A stretch of DNA of 64,000 bases from the IMG/VR virus record IMGVR_UViG_3300025387_000009, one strand, 5' to 3'. Each line of letters opens with the position of its first letter. The stretch's first letter is position 1. The DNA comes from a virus (Duplodnaviria; Caudoviricetes). Shown one piece after another: positions 10,561 through 20,360 of the stretch. The position numbers were made by a program, and so were the translations under genes. The notes below the pieces were generated by a model that worked only from the letters and a program-made list of their open reading frames with translations, was not told the DNA's origin and did not search any database.

Positions 10561-11757
10561 ATGAATGAACCGATTTTAGGAAATCATATTGGAATTGTAA
10601 TTGATAGTGATAACACAGATGGGTTACAAATTTTTGTTCCAAATGTTACTAATACTCTTATTGATGGTTGGAATGGAGATTTAAAAGATCTATCATTTAA
10701 GACTGTTGAAACGCAACAAACTAGCGGAGGAATTACCCCTGCCATTTTCCAAAGATTAAAGGAAGTTTTACCTTGGGCGAAACCAGCGGCTCCGTTTTTT
10801 GGTGGCGGTACATCAGCACCCGTTAATACATCTTTAGGGGCGGCAACAGTAAGTCCGCAATCAAATGCAGTTCAAGCACAAAACAATCCACCAACACCGA
10901 TTAGTAATACTAGTCAAAATCAACCAGTTGCACCTAATGCAAATTTAAATCAAACTAGTTCTGCTGATAGTGCTGGATTGCAAAAGTTAGCATCAGATAG
11001 ACAGGCAAGATTTGCTCAAGAATTACAAGATCCAGTTGTTCAAAATCGTTTGGCTGCATCGGCTATACATGAAGTTGGAAGCAACCCTTATGCACAACAG
11101 GCAATGATGGAAACCGTTTTCAATCGTGCACAGTTTACAGGTCAATCAATTATCTCAATTCTGAATGCCGATTACGGTCCGGGTTGGGGTGGAAGGGATA
11201 AAGTTAATGTTCCAGCATCTTCTAATTCTATCCAAGCCATGAATAACGTTTTAAATGGTAGTAACATTACTGGAATGGCTGTTGACAATTCTTCAAATGA
11301 AGCTGGTAATACACTTGCGGCAAGAAACGTAGCGTATGGTACATCTGGTTATGTTTGGTTAGATAGCAGTCATGGTCAAATTGTTACTGATCAAGCTACA
11401 ATTGATGCATTAAATTCTGGCAGTACACAAGGAAATTACGAATTATTATATCGTGGATCAAACGGCAGTAGAAATCAAACGGGTGCAAGTATAAATGCGA
11501 ATTCTTACGCTGATGCAAATGGATTACAATCTTCTGCTTTAGTATCAAGTGGAACTTCAATTATAGGTTATAGTCCTAATAGGAGTATGGTTGCTAATAT
11601 GGTTAGTGCTCATCTACCAAGTGGAGGTGCAAATGGATTTTATTCAAAACCAGCTATCGGTGCAAAGGTTTGGGTATTTTTTTATGGTGGAGATATTCAA
11701 AGACCAATATATTTTGCATCTGTTCTTGATGGTTCAGGCGTTGCATATCAATCTTAA
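10561..11757 (+). CDS. gp5/VgrG N-terminal OB-fold protein with inserted cell-wall-hydrolase-like domain
   Basis: OB-fold halves IGIVIDS...LQIFVP...LPWAKPAAP and GFYSKPAIGAKVWVFFYGGDIQRPIYFAS flank a HEVG...QQAMMETVFNRA segment resembling SleB/Hydrolase_2. Confidence 0.75.
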   Translation: MNEPILGNHIGIVIDSDNTDGLQIFVPNVTNTLIDGWNGDLKDLSFKTVETQQTSGGITPAIFQRLKEVLPWAKPAAPFFGGGTSAPVNTSLGAATVSPQSNAVQAQNNPPTPISNTSQNQPVAPNANLNQTSSADSAGLQKLASDRQARFAQELQDPVVQNRLAASAIHEVGSNPYAQQAMMETVFNRAQFTGQSIISILNADYGPGWGGRDKVNVPASSNSIQAMNNVLNGSNITGMAVDNSSNEAGNTLAARNVAYGTSGYVWLDSSHGQIVTDQATIDALNSGSTQGNYELLYRGSNGSRNQTGASINANSYADANGLQSSALVSSGTSIIGYSPNRSMVANMVSAHLPSGGANGFYSKPAIGAKVWVFFYGGDIQRPIYFASVLDGSGVAYQS

Positions 11758-11759
11758 TT

Positions 11760-11767
11760 TATAAATA
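11760..11767 (+). promoter_or_regulatory. T4-type late promoter TATAAATA
   Basis: Exact T4 gp55 consensus, 6 nt before the ATG at 11774. Confidence 0.75.
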
Positions 11768-11773
11768 TATAAT

Positions 11774-13807
11774 ATGTCAGCAGATAAATCAGATAATCAA
11801 GCATTTAGCCAGACTAATAATCTAGCATCCGATGCTGGCAGTTTGCAATTAAACTCTTATATTTCCACGAGTCCTAATTCTAGTATTGTTAATGACCAAT
11901 CTATAGCAGGATTGTTTCATAAAAATGGATCTTATTTACAATTTATAGGTGGTGATGGTCTTTTTAATACTAAAGCTGATTTTCATTATAATATAGGTGG
12001 AAATATGACATATTCTGTCATAGGCGATACTCAATTTACAACTCTCGGTCAAAGTCATACTATGGCATCAACTGGCGGTGCTCATATACAAACTGATTTA
12101 AGTCCATCTGCCATAGCTGCTCATGCTGCACACCAACAATCTTTAGATAAAATCCAACAAGCTAAAGCTGATGCTTTTAATGGTGCAACAAAAAAAGTTC
12201 CATGTCCAGTATGTAATCAAAGTATTACTAATGATAGAGCTAGTGCAATTTTAGATAAAATTTTGGGTGGATTGAGCAATATATGGCCCCCTTATATACC
12301 GTTTTCTTATACAACTTTTAGAAAAGTAATTGGTGGATTGGTAATCCCAATGTTGAGTATTTTTACTAATAAGAGTGCAACTAAAAAAGGAACTTGCAAT
12401 CATCCCAACTGTGATGGTAATAATGTAACCGTACCTGATTTTGATTCTGCTACAAAGGCAGCAACTTCTGCTATCCAAGGTGACACGACGATACAAGATA
12501 ACGAGCAAAAAATGGCAAAACAGGATGTTATCGGTGCTCAGCATCATGCCAACTTTGCACTTAAAGCAGGTGTTGTACCTAGTTCAGTTTCGCCTTATGT
12601 AGAAAACGTAAATAACTCAAATTTTCCAACAGCACATGAATGTAATGGTCAGGCTTTAGCAAACGTATCGAATGGAGCACCTAGCAAAATAAATTATTAT
12701 TTAACTCCTGATCATTCACCAGTTGGAAATATTCATTTAGACGCATCTCATAGTGTTGATGTAACATCTGGTGGTAATGGTACGCATTTAATTTCGCAAG
12801 GACCTGTTGAGATAAAGGCAGGTCACGTAGAGGTTACATCAACTCAAGCAAATGTAGATATTTTTGCTAAAGGATTAGCTCAATTAAGAGGTAAACAAGT
12901 TATCATTGATGCAAAGGATAATAGTGGTGATGGTGGCGTTCATATAAACTCTAATCACGTTTTAACAACTGGTCAGCTTAGTGTCAATGGCGATTTATCT
13001 GTTAAAGGTTCCATCATGATGGATGGAACTGTTTATGCTCCAAATTTAGTTACAAAAAGTATGTCAATGCAGAGTGAACCATCTGCTTCAATTCAATCCG
13101 TTGGACATGCGCCATCATGGAATAGTCCACCACCATTTAATGCTAATCAACAAGCAACTACTAGAAATATTTTTTCAGAAGCACTTCATGCAATTAAAGC
13201 AGGATTTGATTTTATAACAGGTGAATTATTAACGGTTACTGGATTATACAATGTTGTAGTCAGAGCAATAAACACCACAAAATTAGCAGTGCCAATAGAC
13301 AATCAAGGTATACCAACTGGATTAGCTTTTACTTATGGTGCTGATATGACACCAGTTCAAGTTGTTGGTGTTGCTATGACAGCATGGGGACCCGCACCAC
13401 TTGAAGCATTTGTTGTACCTACTTTTATTCCTGTTTATAACGGTCCTCACAATCACGATAATATATCTGGTATGCATAGTCACCAATATAGCGGACCGGA
13501 AATAACTCACTGTGACACCACTGCTGGATTCCAAGCACAGAGACCTTCTCCAGCACCGCAGCCGACTCCACCGAGAGGAAACGGCGCAGGTACAAGTCCT
13601 GCTGATTCTGGTTCGCTTCCTATATCACTTTGCTTTGGATTAGGTTTAGGTGGCGGTAGCGGTACTGGCGCAAGAAATGCGGCTTATGGTGTTCAAGGTG
13701 ATGGAGATGGATTCAATGGTAATAACTACGTTGAAGCATATCCTAATTATAACCCAGATGGTTCGCTTAACCCACCGCCAAAATTAAGCCCATTCAGAAA
13801 TTGCTAA
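11774..13807 (+). CDS. gp5 C-terminal beta-helix/tail spike protein
   Basis: HKNGSYLQFIGGDG...IGGNMTYSVIGD beta-helix repeats; GQLSVNGDLSVKGSI spike strands; HNH...HSH tip motif. Confidence 0.7.
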   Translation: MSADKSDNQAFSQTNNLASDAGSLQLNSYISTSPNSSIVNDQSIAGLFHKNGSYLQFIGGDGLFNTKADFHYNIGGNMTYSVIGDTQFTTLGQSHTMASTGGAHIQTDLSPSAIAAHAAHQQSLDKIQQAKADAFNGATKKVPCPVCNQSITNDRASAILDKILGGLSNIWPPYIPFSYTTFRKVIGGLVIPMLSIFTNKSATKKGTCNHPNCDGNNVTVPDFDSATKAATSAIQGDTTIQDNEQKMAKQDVIGAQHHANFALKAGVVPSSVSPYVENVNNSNFPTAHECNGQALANVSNGAPSKINYYLTPDHSPVGNIHLDASHSVDVTSGGNGTHLISQGPVEIKAGHVEVTSTQANVDIFAKGLAQLRGKQVIIDAKDNSGDGGVHINSNHVLTTGQLSVNGDLSVKGSIMMDGTVYAPNLVTKSMSMQSEPSASIQSVGHAPSWNSPPPFNANQQATTRNIFSEALHAIKAGFDFITGELLTVTGLYNVVVRAINTTKLAVPIDNQGIPTGLAFTYGADMTPVQVVGVAMTAWGPAPLEAFVVPTFIPVYNGPHNHDNISGMHSHQYSGPEITHCDTTAGFQAQRPSPAPQPTPPRGNGAGTSPADSGSLPISLCFGLGLGGGSGTGARNAAYGVQGDGDGFNGNNYVEAYPNYNPDGSLNPPPKLSPFRNC

Positions 13808-14847
13808 CCATTTATAGCAGTCTTAATTTGAGACAATTTAGTAGCTGAAGTAGCTTTATTAAGTGTATCGTAGCTTGTTAAAGCATTAGCCCCAAAATTA
13901 TCAATCTGTTCACTAATAATAGTTTGAGCAAGATTTGGATCTTGAACATGCGAAAGAAGTAAAGTGTAATCGGGAATGGGGGACATAACCATTCTTGCCA
14001 TTGCATTATTTGTAGGTTTAATCATCGGTATAACTTGAATAGTTGAACCAGAAGTTATATAGCCTATTCCATTTGGATTTACATTACCAGCAGGTAAAAG
14101 TGCATTTAAAACCGACTGTGCTGAATCTAAATGATATTTTAAATAAACAGTAGATTGCGAAACATTAGATGCCATATGATCTAATTGAACATAGAATAAA
14201 GGTGGCATATTTGTTTGAACTAAAGTCGCTCTCCAGCCATTACCGGATTTAACATCATTTGAAACTTCAGTGGGATATACAAGTTTTATATATTCGATAA
14301 ATGCATTTGCATAAATATCTTGTTGATTTTGTAAATAATTTGCATAAAAAGCTGCAATTGATTCTTCAGTTATTGGCTCCATTAATCCCGTAGGATTAGG
14401 TGGAACATAATAACCATAAAGATTTATATCTCCATTGCCAACTGTCGTTTGCACTGGCTGATTTTGACGAGATAAAATTGGTACATCATCAGGACCACAA
14501 ACATAGGAGTCAATAACTTTTACACCACCTGCTTTTTTAACCTCAAGCTGAGTTATAATTTTCGGTAAAAATTCCGTAAAACAAGCAGATAAAATCGCAC
14601 CATCAGAAAACCTAGGATCACCACAAGCAGTTAATACGGAGAAATTAACATGAGGTGTCCAATCGTAAGAAGGTGGTGTTACTAATACTGGATCTACATT
14701 TGGATTGGTTGCAAAATTAACAAGATCGCACAAAAACGGCAATATATTATATGCAGAACCCATTGCAGCCAACGTAGAACCCGTTGGATATAACGAGGAA
14801 TCAAATAAAGGTGCGCATGTCGTATCTATATTATTCATCGTCTGCAT
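13804..14847 (-). CDS. Hypothetical protein (347 aa)
   Basis: Long ORF with overlapping neighbours; no recognisable motif. Confidence 0.6.
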   Translation of the reverse strand: MQTMNNIDTTCAPLFDSSLYPTGSTLAAMGSAYNILPFLCDLVNFATNPNVDPVLVTPPSYDWTPHVNFSVLTACGDPRFSDGAILSACFTEFLPKIITQLEVKKAGGVKVIDSYVCGPDDVPILSRQNQPVQTTVGNGDINLYGYYVPPNPTGLMEPITEESIAAFYANYLQNQQDIYANAFIEYIKLVYPTEVSNDVKSGNGWRATLVQTNMPPLFYVQLDHMASNVSQSTVYLKYHLDSAQSVLNALLPAGNVNPNGIGYITSGSTIQVIPMIKPTNNAMARMVMSPIPDYTLLLSHVQDPNLAQTIISEQIDNFGANALTSYDTLNKATSATKLSQIKTAING

Positions 14848-15226
14848 CTAAAAAATTTTCGTGTTGCTGTTTAAGGAAAATTGTTTTTAAAAATTCCATA
14901 ATCGCATCACGATCTCTTGCGTTTTTAAAATTTTGTAAAATGATTCTATCACCATTTACATTGTATCCAAACATTAAAAAAGTATCCAAATATTCGGATA
15001 CTATACCTTTAAGAATACCTAAATCCCTCATTGAGATTTGGTTTTCTTTTCGGTTTTCCTTCATCCATTTATCAATACTTTTCTGAAGTTCTACGTTAGA
15101 AATAGCATCAAATACCTTTCGGGTTAACTCTTCTTGTGAATCGTTTCTTTCGATTTTTATATTATTAGTTAGGCTTTCCACCGAAGAAAGCGAAGGTGTA
15201 TTTGTTTTCTTTTTTCGGGGAGCCAT
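14831..15226 (-). CDS. Hypothetical protein (131 aa)
   Basis: In operon with the sliding clamp gene. Confidence 0.6.
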   Translation of the reverse strand: MAPRKKKTNTPSLSSVESLTNNIKIERNDSQEELTRKVFDAISNVELQKSIDKWMKENRKENQISMRDLGILKGIVSEYLDTFLMFGYNVNGDRIILQNFKNARDRDAIMEFLKTIFLKQQHENFLDADDE

Positions 15227-15231
15227 AATAT

Positions 15232-15552
15232 TTACTTTCGATAAGATTCTGCTTTATTATTGATATTAAACTTAACAAGATATTCAATCAAAACCTCAAT
15301 TGAACTGGTTTTAATTTTAAAATGTTCTGGAATATACTGACCTCCATCATGCATTTCAAAATATTCTTCTCCTAAATAATTATGATTATTAAAACAAGTA
15401 ATCATTACCGATGATACTTTGGGGTCAACAACTACAGTCCACGATCTTGGATCGCTGTCTGAATAATCAGTGAATACTTTATCAGTTACATAACCGCTAT
15501 CACGAAGACGCTTAATGAAGTAACTACATGTTGTTAGTTTATTTTTAGCCAT
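15232..15552 (-). CDS. Hypothetical protein (106 aa)
   Basis: Compact ORF; TAAATA 5 nt upstream (15558-15563). Confidence 0.65.
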   Translation of the reverse strand: MAKNKLTTCSYFIKRLRDSGYVTDKVFTDYSDSDPRSWTVVVDPKVSSVMITCFNNHNYLGEEYFEMHDGGQYIPEHFKIKTSSIEVLIEYLVKFNINNKAESYRK

Positions 15553-15573
15553 AATATTATTTATTTGTTTATT

Positions 15574-16338
15574 CTATTTAACAAGAGCAGAAACGATATA
15601 TTTAAGTTGAACGTTATCGTCTTCCTTAGTATTAAAGACAAAAACTTTCATTTTATCGTTGTTTTTAACCTTAACTTTTACAGGATATTTGCTACTAACC
15701 AAGCTCTTAAATACTTCAATCTTTATTGATATGTGATCCATCTCATTGCCTTCATATTCATTGGCAATTAACAATGAAACGTTATCAACATTCTGCATGG
15801 TTTTATCATCAATCTCAGCATAAACTTTGCCGTTGTTGGTGTAAAAATAAATCTTTGTAACGTCAGATACAAAAGAATATGCTGACATGATTTGTCTAAT
15901 CTTAGCTAATGATATTTCAAACTCTGTATCAAATTGAAGCGCAGCTATATTTTCAATTTTAACAGGTGCTTCCTTAATGATACCATCGTCTACCAAATGA
16001 TATTTGAAATGAGTATTTTCGCCAGTTTCTTCGTTTTTTGACTGACACTTAATATTATTTGGGAGAATTTTTAATGAAAATTCTCCATCATCACCTAAAC
16101 ACTCTAAACCAGTAAGAAGTTTTTTAATATTAATTATATTCAATTTGCTATCATCAATTTCCATTGGGAGCTTGCAATTAGCATAAAGAATAACACTGTT
16201 ATCCTGTGATGTACAAATTGAATCTAAAACATCACCTCTAGTTTTTAGCACACAGCTTTCGGTAAGCCTATTGATAGGCTTTAAAAGCTTTTCTAAAGAT
16301 GTTTTAGGTAGAGGTAAAAATTTTCCGTTATCACTCAT
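15574..16338 (-). CDS. DNA polymerase sliding clamp (T4 gp45/PCNA-like)
   Basis: 254 aa; LNIINIKKLLTGL and FKYHLVDDGII patterns of gp45; in the replication operon. Confidence 0.75.
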   Translation of the reverse strand: MSDNGKFLPLPKTSLEKLLKPINRLTESCVLKTRGDVLDSICTSQDNSVILYANCKLPMEIDDSKLNIINIKKLLTGLECLGDDGEFSLKILPNNIKCQSKNEETGENTHFKYHLVDDGIIKEAPVKIENIAALQFDTEFEISLAKIRQIMSAYSFVSDVTKIYFYTNNGKVYAEIDDKTMQNVDNVSLLIANEYEGNEMDHISIKIEVFKSLVSSKYPVKVKVKNNDKMKVFVFNTKEDDNVQLKYIVSALVK

Positions 16339-16759
16339 GTTGATTCAATGTTGTTTGAATCAATTCTAACAGAGTTTGAAGCGTATTACCAATCTTTTCT
16401 ACCTTATCTTCAATATTTTTTAAAGACTCAGATGCTACGGCAGGTGATACCTGTGCAGGAGGCGTTGGCATTGGGATTAACTCTGGTGCAGGTGCGACGA
16501 AAGACCTAGGCTCTGGTACAGCCATTGCCTCACGCATTGCATCTTCCATCGCCTTCTGTTGAAGGCGATCTACTGGTGCAGGTTGATTAAACCTTACGTT
16601 TTGACCTTTTGCCTTGGCGACAAAGGCGTTGATATCAATTCGATTTGCTGGCATTCCGCCATTATCAGATCTTAAAGAATCAACAACCCTTAGTTGCCCA
16701 CCAACCATCGCCGCAAGTTTAGCAGCTTCTAATGCTTCTTCCTGTTGCTGGCGATTCAT
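16331..16759 (-). CDS. Hypothetical protein (142 aa, Pro-rich linker, C-terminal coiled coil)
   Basis: Between gp32 and gp45, coupled to both. Confidence 0.6.
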   Translation of the reverse strand: MNRQQQEEALEAAKLAAMVGGQLRVVDSLRSDNGGMPANRIDINAFVAKAKGQNVRFNQPAPVDRLQQKAMEDAMREAMAVPEPRSFVAPAPELIPMPTPPAQVSPAVASESLKNIEDKVEKIGNTLQTLLELIQTTLNQHE

Positions 16760-16764
16760 CTATT

Positions 16765-17613
16765 TTAGAGATCCTTGAGAATATCTTGCATCTTCTTGTC
16801 GTGATCGGACAAGGTGGACGGTTCAACCGACTTAACAGGAGTTACAACCTCGTCTGAATTGTCGTCATCATCGATATCATCGACAGTTGTTGCTGATTCA
16901 TCCTTACCAAAGAAATGAACATCAAGAAGTTTCTTAATATCATCATATGACTTGGCTTGGAAGATTGTATCAAGAGCCTTGAACTTACCATAAACTTCAT
17001 CGAGATCATCAAGACCTTCAATCTCGCTAGGAGAAACAAACTTAGAAGCAACATAGGTTGGATAGCCACCATCATTCTTCTCAACCTTAATCCTTAGATT
17101 GCAACCAGAAGGAGAAAGATTAAAGATCTTGTGAGCACCAAACTCCTCTGCATCATCACCATCAATTGCATTCTGGATAATCTTGTGCAGTTGAGTACCT
17201 GCATTGATAATCTTAACCTGCCCCTGATTATCAGGATTGGTAGGATCTTTGATAACGTAGGCGCAATAGAGCCACTTTTCGGTTCTCTTGAGGGGGCGAG
17301 ACTGTTCAATAAGAACTTCATTCTTTGCGTTATAAGCCTTGCTACGATATTCATCAATTGGGCATTTCTCACCATATGTATGAGGGCAAAGAACACTAAT
17401 GAACTTGCCGTTGACGTTTGACTTAAAAACGTGCTGGTAATAGTGGAAACGAGTCAGCTTCGTATTCTCAAGATTTGGGATGAGACGAACAAGATAAGTC
17501 TTGTCTGGCTCCATCTTCAAGAAATCCTTGAAGCTGTTTTCTGATGCAGTGTCCTTCGTGGAAAGGGCATCCTTGAGTGAATCGAATAGGTTTGAGTTGT
17601 ATTTAGTTGTCAT
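16765..17613 (-). CDS. Single-stranded DNA-binding protein (T4 gp32-like)
   Basis: LVRLIP, CPHTYGEKCPIDE, YVIKDP.NPDNQGQV, GCNLRIK, acidic C-terminal tail. Confidence 0.92.
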   Translation of the reverse strand: MTTKYNSNLFDSLKDALSTKDTASENSFKDFLKMEPDKTYLVRLIPNLENTKLTRFHYYQHVFKSNVNGKFISVLCPHTYGEKCPIDEYRSKAYNAKNEVLIEQSRPLKRTEKWLYCAYVIKDPTNPDNQGQVKIINAGTQLHKIIQNAIDGDDAEEFGAHKIFNLSPSGCNLRIKVEKNDGGYPTYVASKFVSPSEIEGLDDLDEVYGKFKALDTIFQAKSYDDIKKLLDVHFFGKDESATTVDDIDDDDNSDEVVTPVKSVEPSTLSDHDKKMQDILKDL

Positions 17614-17623
17614 AATGTTCTCT

Positions 17624-18292
17624 TTATACTAACAGGATTTTGCTGGATTGCAAGTTGTTTTTTATAAAAATCTTAATTTTGTTTGTCGCTTCCTTTACAA
17701 GAGTCTTCGTTTCATTTGAAGAATTGTATCTGTTTTTATATGCTACAAAATTCTCATTAAGATTTTTTGCAAAAAGTTCTACTTCGTCCTTGGGTAAATT
17801 TGAAAGACATTCGTGAAGGTTGCCCAATTCCATCAAGCTATATGGACTAATACGATGCTCTCTATAATGGTTTAACCATGAAAGCATGTATCCAGTTTTA
17901 TGCGTTAAGTATTTTTCCAATAGAATATTGTTTTCAAGACAAAACATTCCAATAAACCTAAAACTTTCTTTAATGTGATCGAATTGCTTTTCTGGATTTT
18001 CTTCTTCTTGTTTCTTTTTAAAAAGCGTATAATTTTTAGTAGCAGCAAGAGTTGTAAAAAAAGAAAGAGATGGATATTTTTCTTCGGGATGCATCTCATT
18101 AGGAGCCTTAAAATAATCTTCCATTTTTATATGGGGATAACGAGAGAGGAAAATAAAAATCTTTTTGATGGAAACGATAGTGTTTTCATCTAAATCAGAA
18201 AAATCTTTTCTAGGTGTATAGGGTTGTCCTTTCCTAGAATTTTTTAAATAACAATTGTATATGGATTTTTCTTTATCTGATAAATTAGGCAT
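17624..18292 (-). CDS. Helicase loader gp59-like protein
   Basis: 222 aa (T4 gp59 is about 217 aa), immediately upstream of gp32 as in T4; WLNHYREHRISPYSL resembles the gp59 C-terminal motif. Confidence 0.5.
   Translation of the reverse strand: MPNLSDKEKSIYNCYLKNSRKGQPYTPRKDFSDLDENTIVSIKKIFIFLSRYPHIKMEDYFKAPNEMHPEEKYPSLSFFTTLAATKNYTLFKKKQEEENPEKQFDHIKESFRFIGMFCLENNILLEKYLTHKTGYMLSWLNHYREHRISPYSLMELGNLHECLSNLPKDEVELFAKNLNENFVAYKNRYNSSNETKTLVKEATNKIKIFIKNNLQSSKILLV
17626..17653 (-). promoter_or_regulatory. sigma70-like promoter TTGCAA-N16-TAGTAT with extended -10 TG, upstream of gp32
   Basis: Read on the minus strand; 12 nt to ATG. Confidence 0.55.
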
Positions 18293-18587
18293 TTTTCTTA
18301 CGGTTTAATTTGGATCTGAATATCTTTTTATAGACATTGGGTGTAGATCCAAGATACGTCTTTATTATATTTTGTAAAGAATATTCTCCGAGTAATGCAA
18401 AATAAATTTTTTGTGTTTTCTTATCGTCCACCAAAAATTTTAAAAAATTGAGATAGTTCATTTTTTTACCTTTGGCAATACAAACAAAAGAACCAAATTT
18501 TAAAGTGATATCTTCAAATTCTTCAACGTTTAATGCATCGTATGGATTGCTTAAATTATCAAATTGTTGTGATGATGTTATAATCAT
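18285..18587 (-). CDS. Hypothetical protein (100 aa)
   Basis: TAAGTA motif 6 nt upstream (18594-18599). Confidence 0.6.
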   Translation of the reverse strand: MIITSSQQFDNLSNPYDALNVEEFEDITLKFGSFVCIAKGKKMNYLNFLKFLVDDKKTQKIYFALLGEYSLQNIIKTYLGSTPNVYKKIFRSKLNRKKNA

Positions 18588-18610
18588 TAAGTTTACTTAC
18601 ATGTAAACCT

Positions 18611-20008
18611 TTAATTGTCACTATCATCTGAGTAATTTTCTGCACTATTTAAAATATCAGTTATACTTGGGTTAGAATCATTAGATAAATTCTTCGGAGC
18701 AGATCCTTTAAGCGTATAATTAAATACAACATCATCAAGCTCAGAAATTGATAGCGTTGGATAATCAATTTTTAGCTGGGTATGGATTCCTCTGCTACCA
18801 AAACGATTTTTAGCAATACCCAAATGAATAATACCAAGTTCAAAATCCTGTTCATCAACCCAAATTGGAAACTGTGCATCGGCGGTATGAGCAAGACCCA
18901 TAGATTCACTAGTTGTTTCTAGGTCTGGCATTTCATTTTTATACCCAGAACGATTGGTTTGAGTTGCTGTTATGATTGGGCATTCAAATTTATACGTCAA
19001 AGCTCTAACGTATTCTGTAATTTCCTTGATTGATTCGTATGAATTTTTATTAGCATGGGGCGGAGCAATAAGATTCAAATAATCCAAAATGATTACGTCA
19101 GGTTTAACACCTTTTCTGATAAGTTTTTCAATATAAGTCTTAATACCAAGAACAGTAACACCCTTTGTTGGGAATTCTTTAATGATAAGTTTACTTTCGC
19201 TGTTTTTAACCTTATATTGATGAAGTTTTGACTTAAGAGGATCAATTTGCAATTTAAGATCATTAGATGGAATCTTAGATAGACATGCACTAATTCTTTT
19301 TGCGTAAACGTGTTCAGGCATTTCCAAAGAAATCAAAACAACTGTTTTATTCTGATTAAGAATATTGGTTGCCATATTACCCAAAAATATAGATTTACCC
19401 ACGTTTGTTGATCCGTAGAATACATATAATGCTCTACCATCTTTGAGAAAGCCACCACCAAGGTTTTTATCAAGCCACTTCCAACCCGTAGAAATTTTCT
19501 CTTCGGTTTTTAAAAGTTCATCAGCATGTTCATCAATACTTTCCAAATAATCTAATCCAAGATTATCAACCAAGGAAAGATTACACGCTTCTTCAAATTT
19601 TTTAAGCAGAATTGAACTATCAATCTCACCACTCTGAACGTCTACGGACGTATTAAAATAAGTGTTTAATATAGCTTTTTGCTTTAACCATCTTTCGGTA
19701 TTTTTAAGCAAAACTTCTTTATCATATTGCTTATCAAGATTGTTGAAAGAAAGTATAACTCTCTTAAGAGCCTGTTTATCATCTTCAGATGGTAAATGTG
19801 CTTTAATTTCTGTTACATTTGGAATCTTTTGAAACTCTTGATAATAAGAATTTACAGTATTAAAGATAGTTTTAATATCCTTATCTTTAAAGTAAGCAGG
19901 TTTTACATGCTCAATTATAGTCTCAAGATATGACTCATCAAAGATCGAGTTATACATAACGATCTTTTCATATTCATCAAGATCTAAAGGGATTGATTTA
20001 TCTGACAT
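18611..20008 (-). CDS. Replicative DNA helicase (T4 gp41/DnaB family)
   Basis: Walker A GSTNVGKS, SLEM, IILDYLNL, TATQTNR, KNRFG. ATG at 20008 is 6 nt from the -10 box and is a better start than TTG at 20011. Confidence 0.95.
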   Translation of the reverse strand: MSDKSIPLDLDEYEKIVMYNSIFDESYLETIIEHVKPAYFKDKDIKTIFNTVNSYYQEFQKIPNVTEIKAHLPSEDDKQALKRVILSFNNLDKQYDKEVLLKNTERWLKQKAILNTYFNTSVDVQSGEIDSSILLKKFEEACNLSLVDNLGLDYLESIDEHADELLKTEEKISTGWKWLDKNLGGGFLKDGRALYVFYGSTNVGKSIFLGNMATNILNQNKTVVLISLEMPEHVYAKRISACLSKIPSNDLKLQIDPLKSKLHQYKVKNSESKLIIKEFPTKGVTVLGIKTYIEKLIRKGVKPDVIILDYLNLIAPPHANKNSYESIKEITEYVRALTYKFECPIITATQTNRSGYKNEMPDLETTSESMGLAHTADAQFPIWVDEQDFELGIIHLGIAKNRFGSRGIHTQLKIDYPTLSISELDDVVFNYTLKGSAPKNLSNDSNPSITDILNSAENYSDDSDN

Positions 20009-20014
20009 CAAACC

Positions 20015-20045
20015 ATTATAGGTTGCTTCTTATATAAAAGCAACC
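20015..20045 (-). promoter_or_regulatory. sigma70 promoter TTGCTT-N17-TATAAT overlapped by a 25-bp imperfect palindrome (20021-20045)
   Basis: GGTTGCTT-C-TTATATAA-AAGCAACC. Confidence 0.7.
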
Positions 20046-20051
20046 CATAAA

Positions 20052-20351
20052 TTACTTATTTCCCCAAATAGTACCACCAAAAAGATTTCCAATGCCCTTA
20101 GTAACTTTATTAGTTTCGGTTGAGGGTCTTTTTGTAAAAGCATTTGGTATATTATGTGGATCTTGTGTCCGATCAAATGCAACAGGTGCTGGCTGCGGAG
20201 CAGGTTCAGGAATCGAAGGGGGCGTAGCTACGGAAGTTTCTATTGCTTGCTCAACTTCTTTTGCTTCATTCTCAACCAAATTATACTTTTCCTTAAAAAA
20301 AGATAAAAGTTCTTCTTCCTTACCACTCAAAAGTTCAAATAACGTTGTCAT
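20052..20351 (-). CDS. Hypothetical protein (99 aa)
   Basis: TAAATA motif 6 nt upstream (20358-20363). Confidence 0.6.
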   Translation of the reverse strand: MTTLFELLSGKEEELLSFFKEKYNLVENEAKEVEQAIETSVATPPSIPEPAPQPAPVAFDRTQDPHNIPNAFTKRPSTETNKVTKGIGNLFGGTIWGNK

Positions 20352-20360
20352 ATTGATTAT

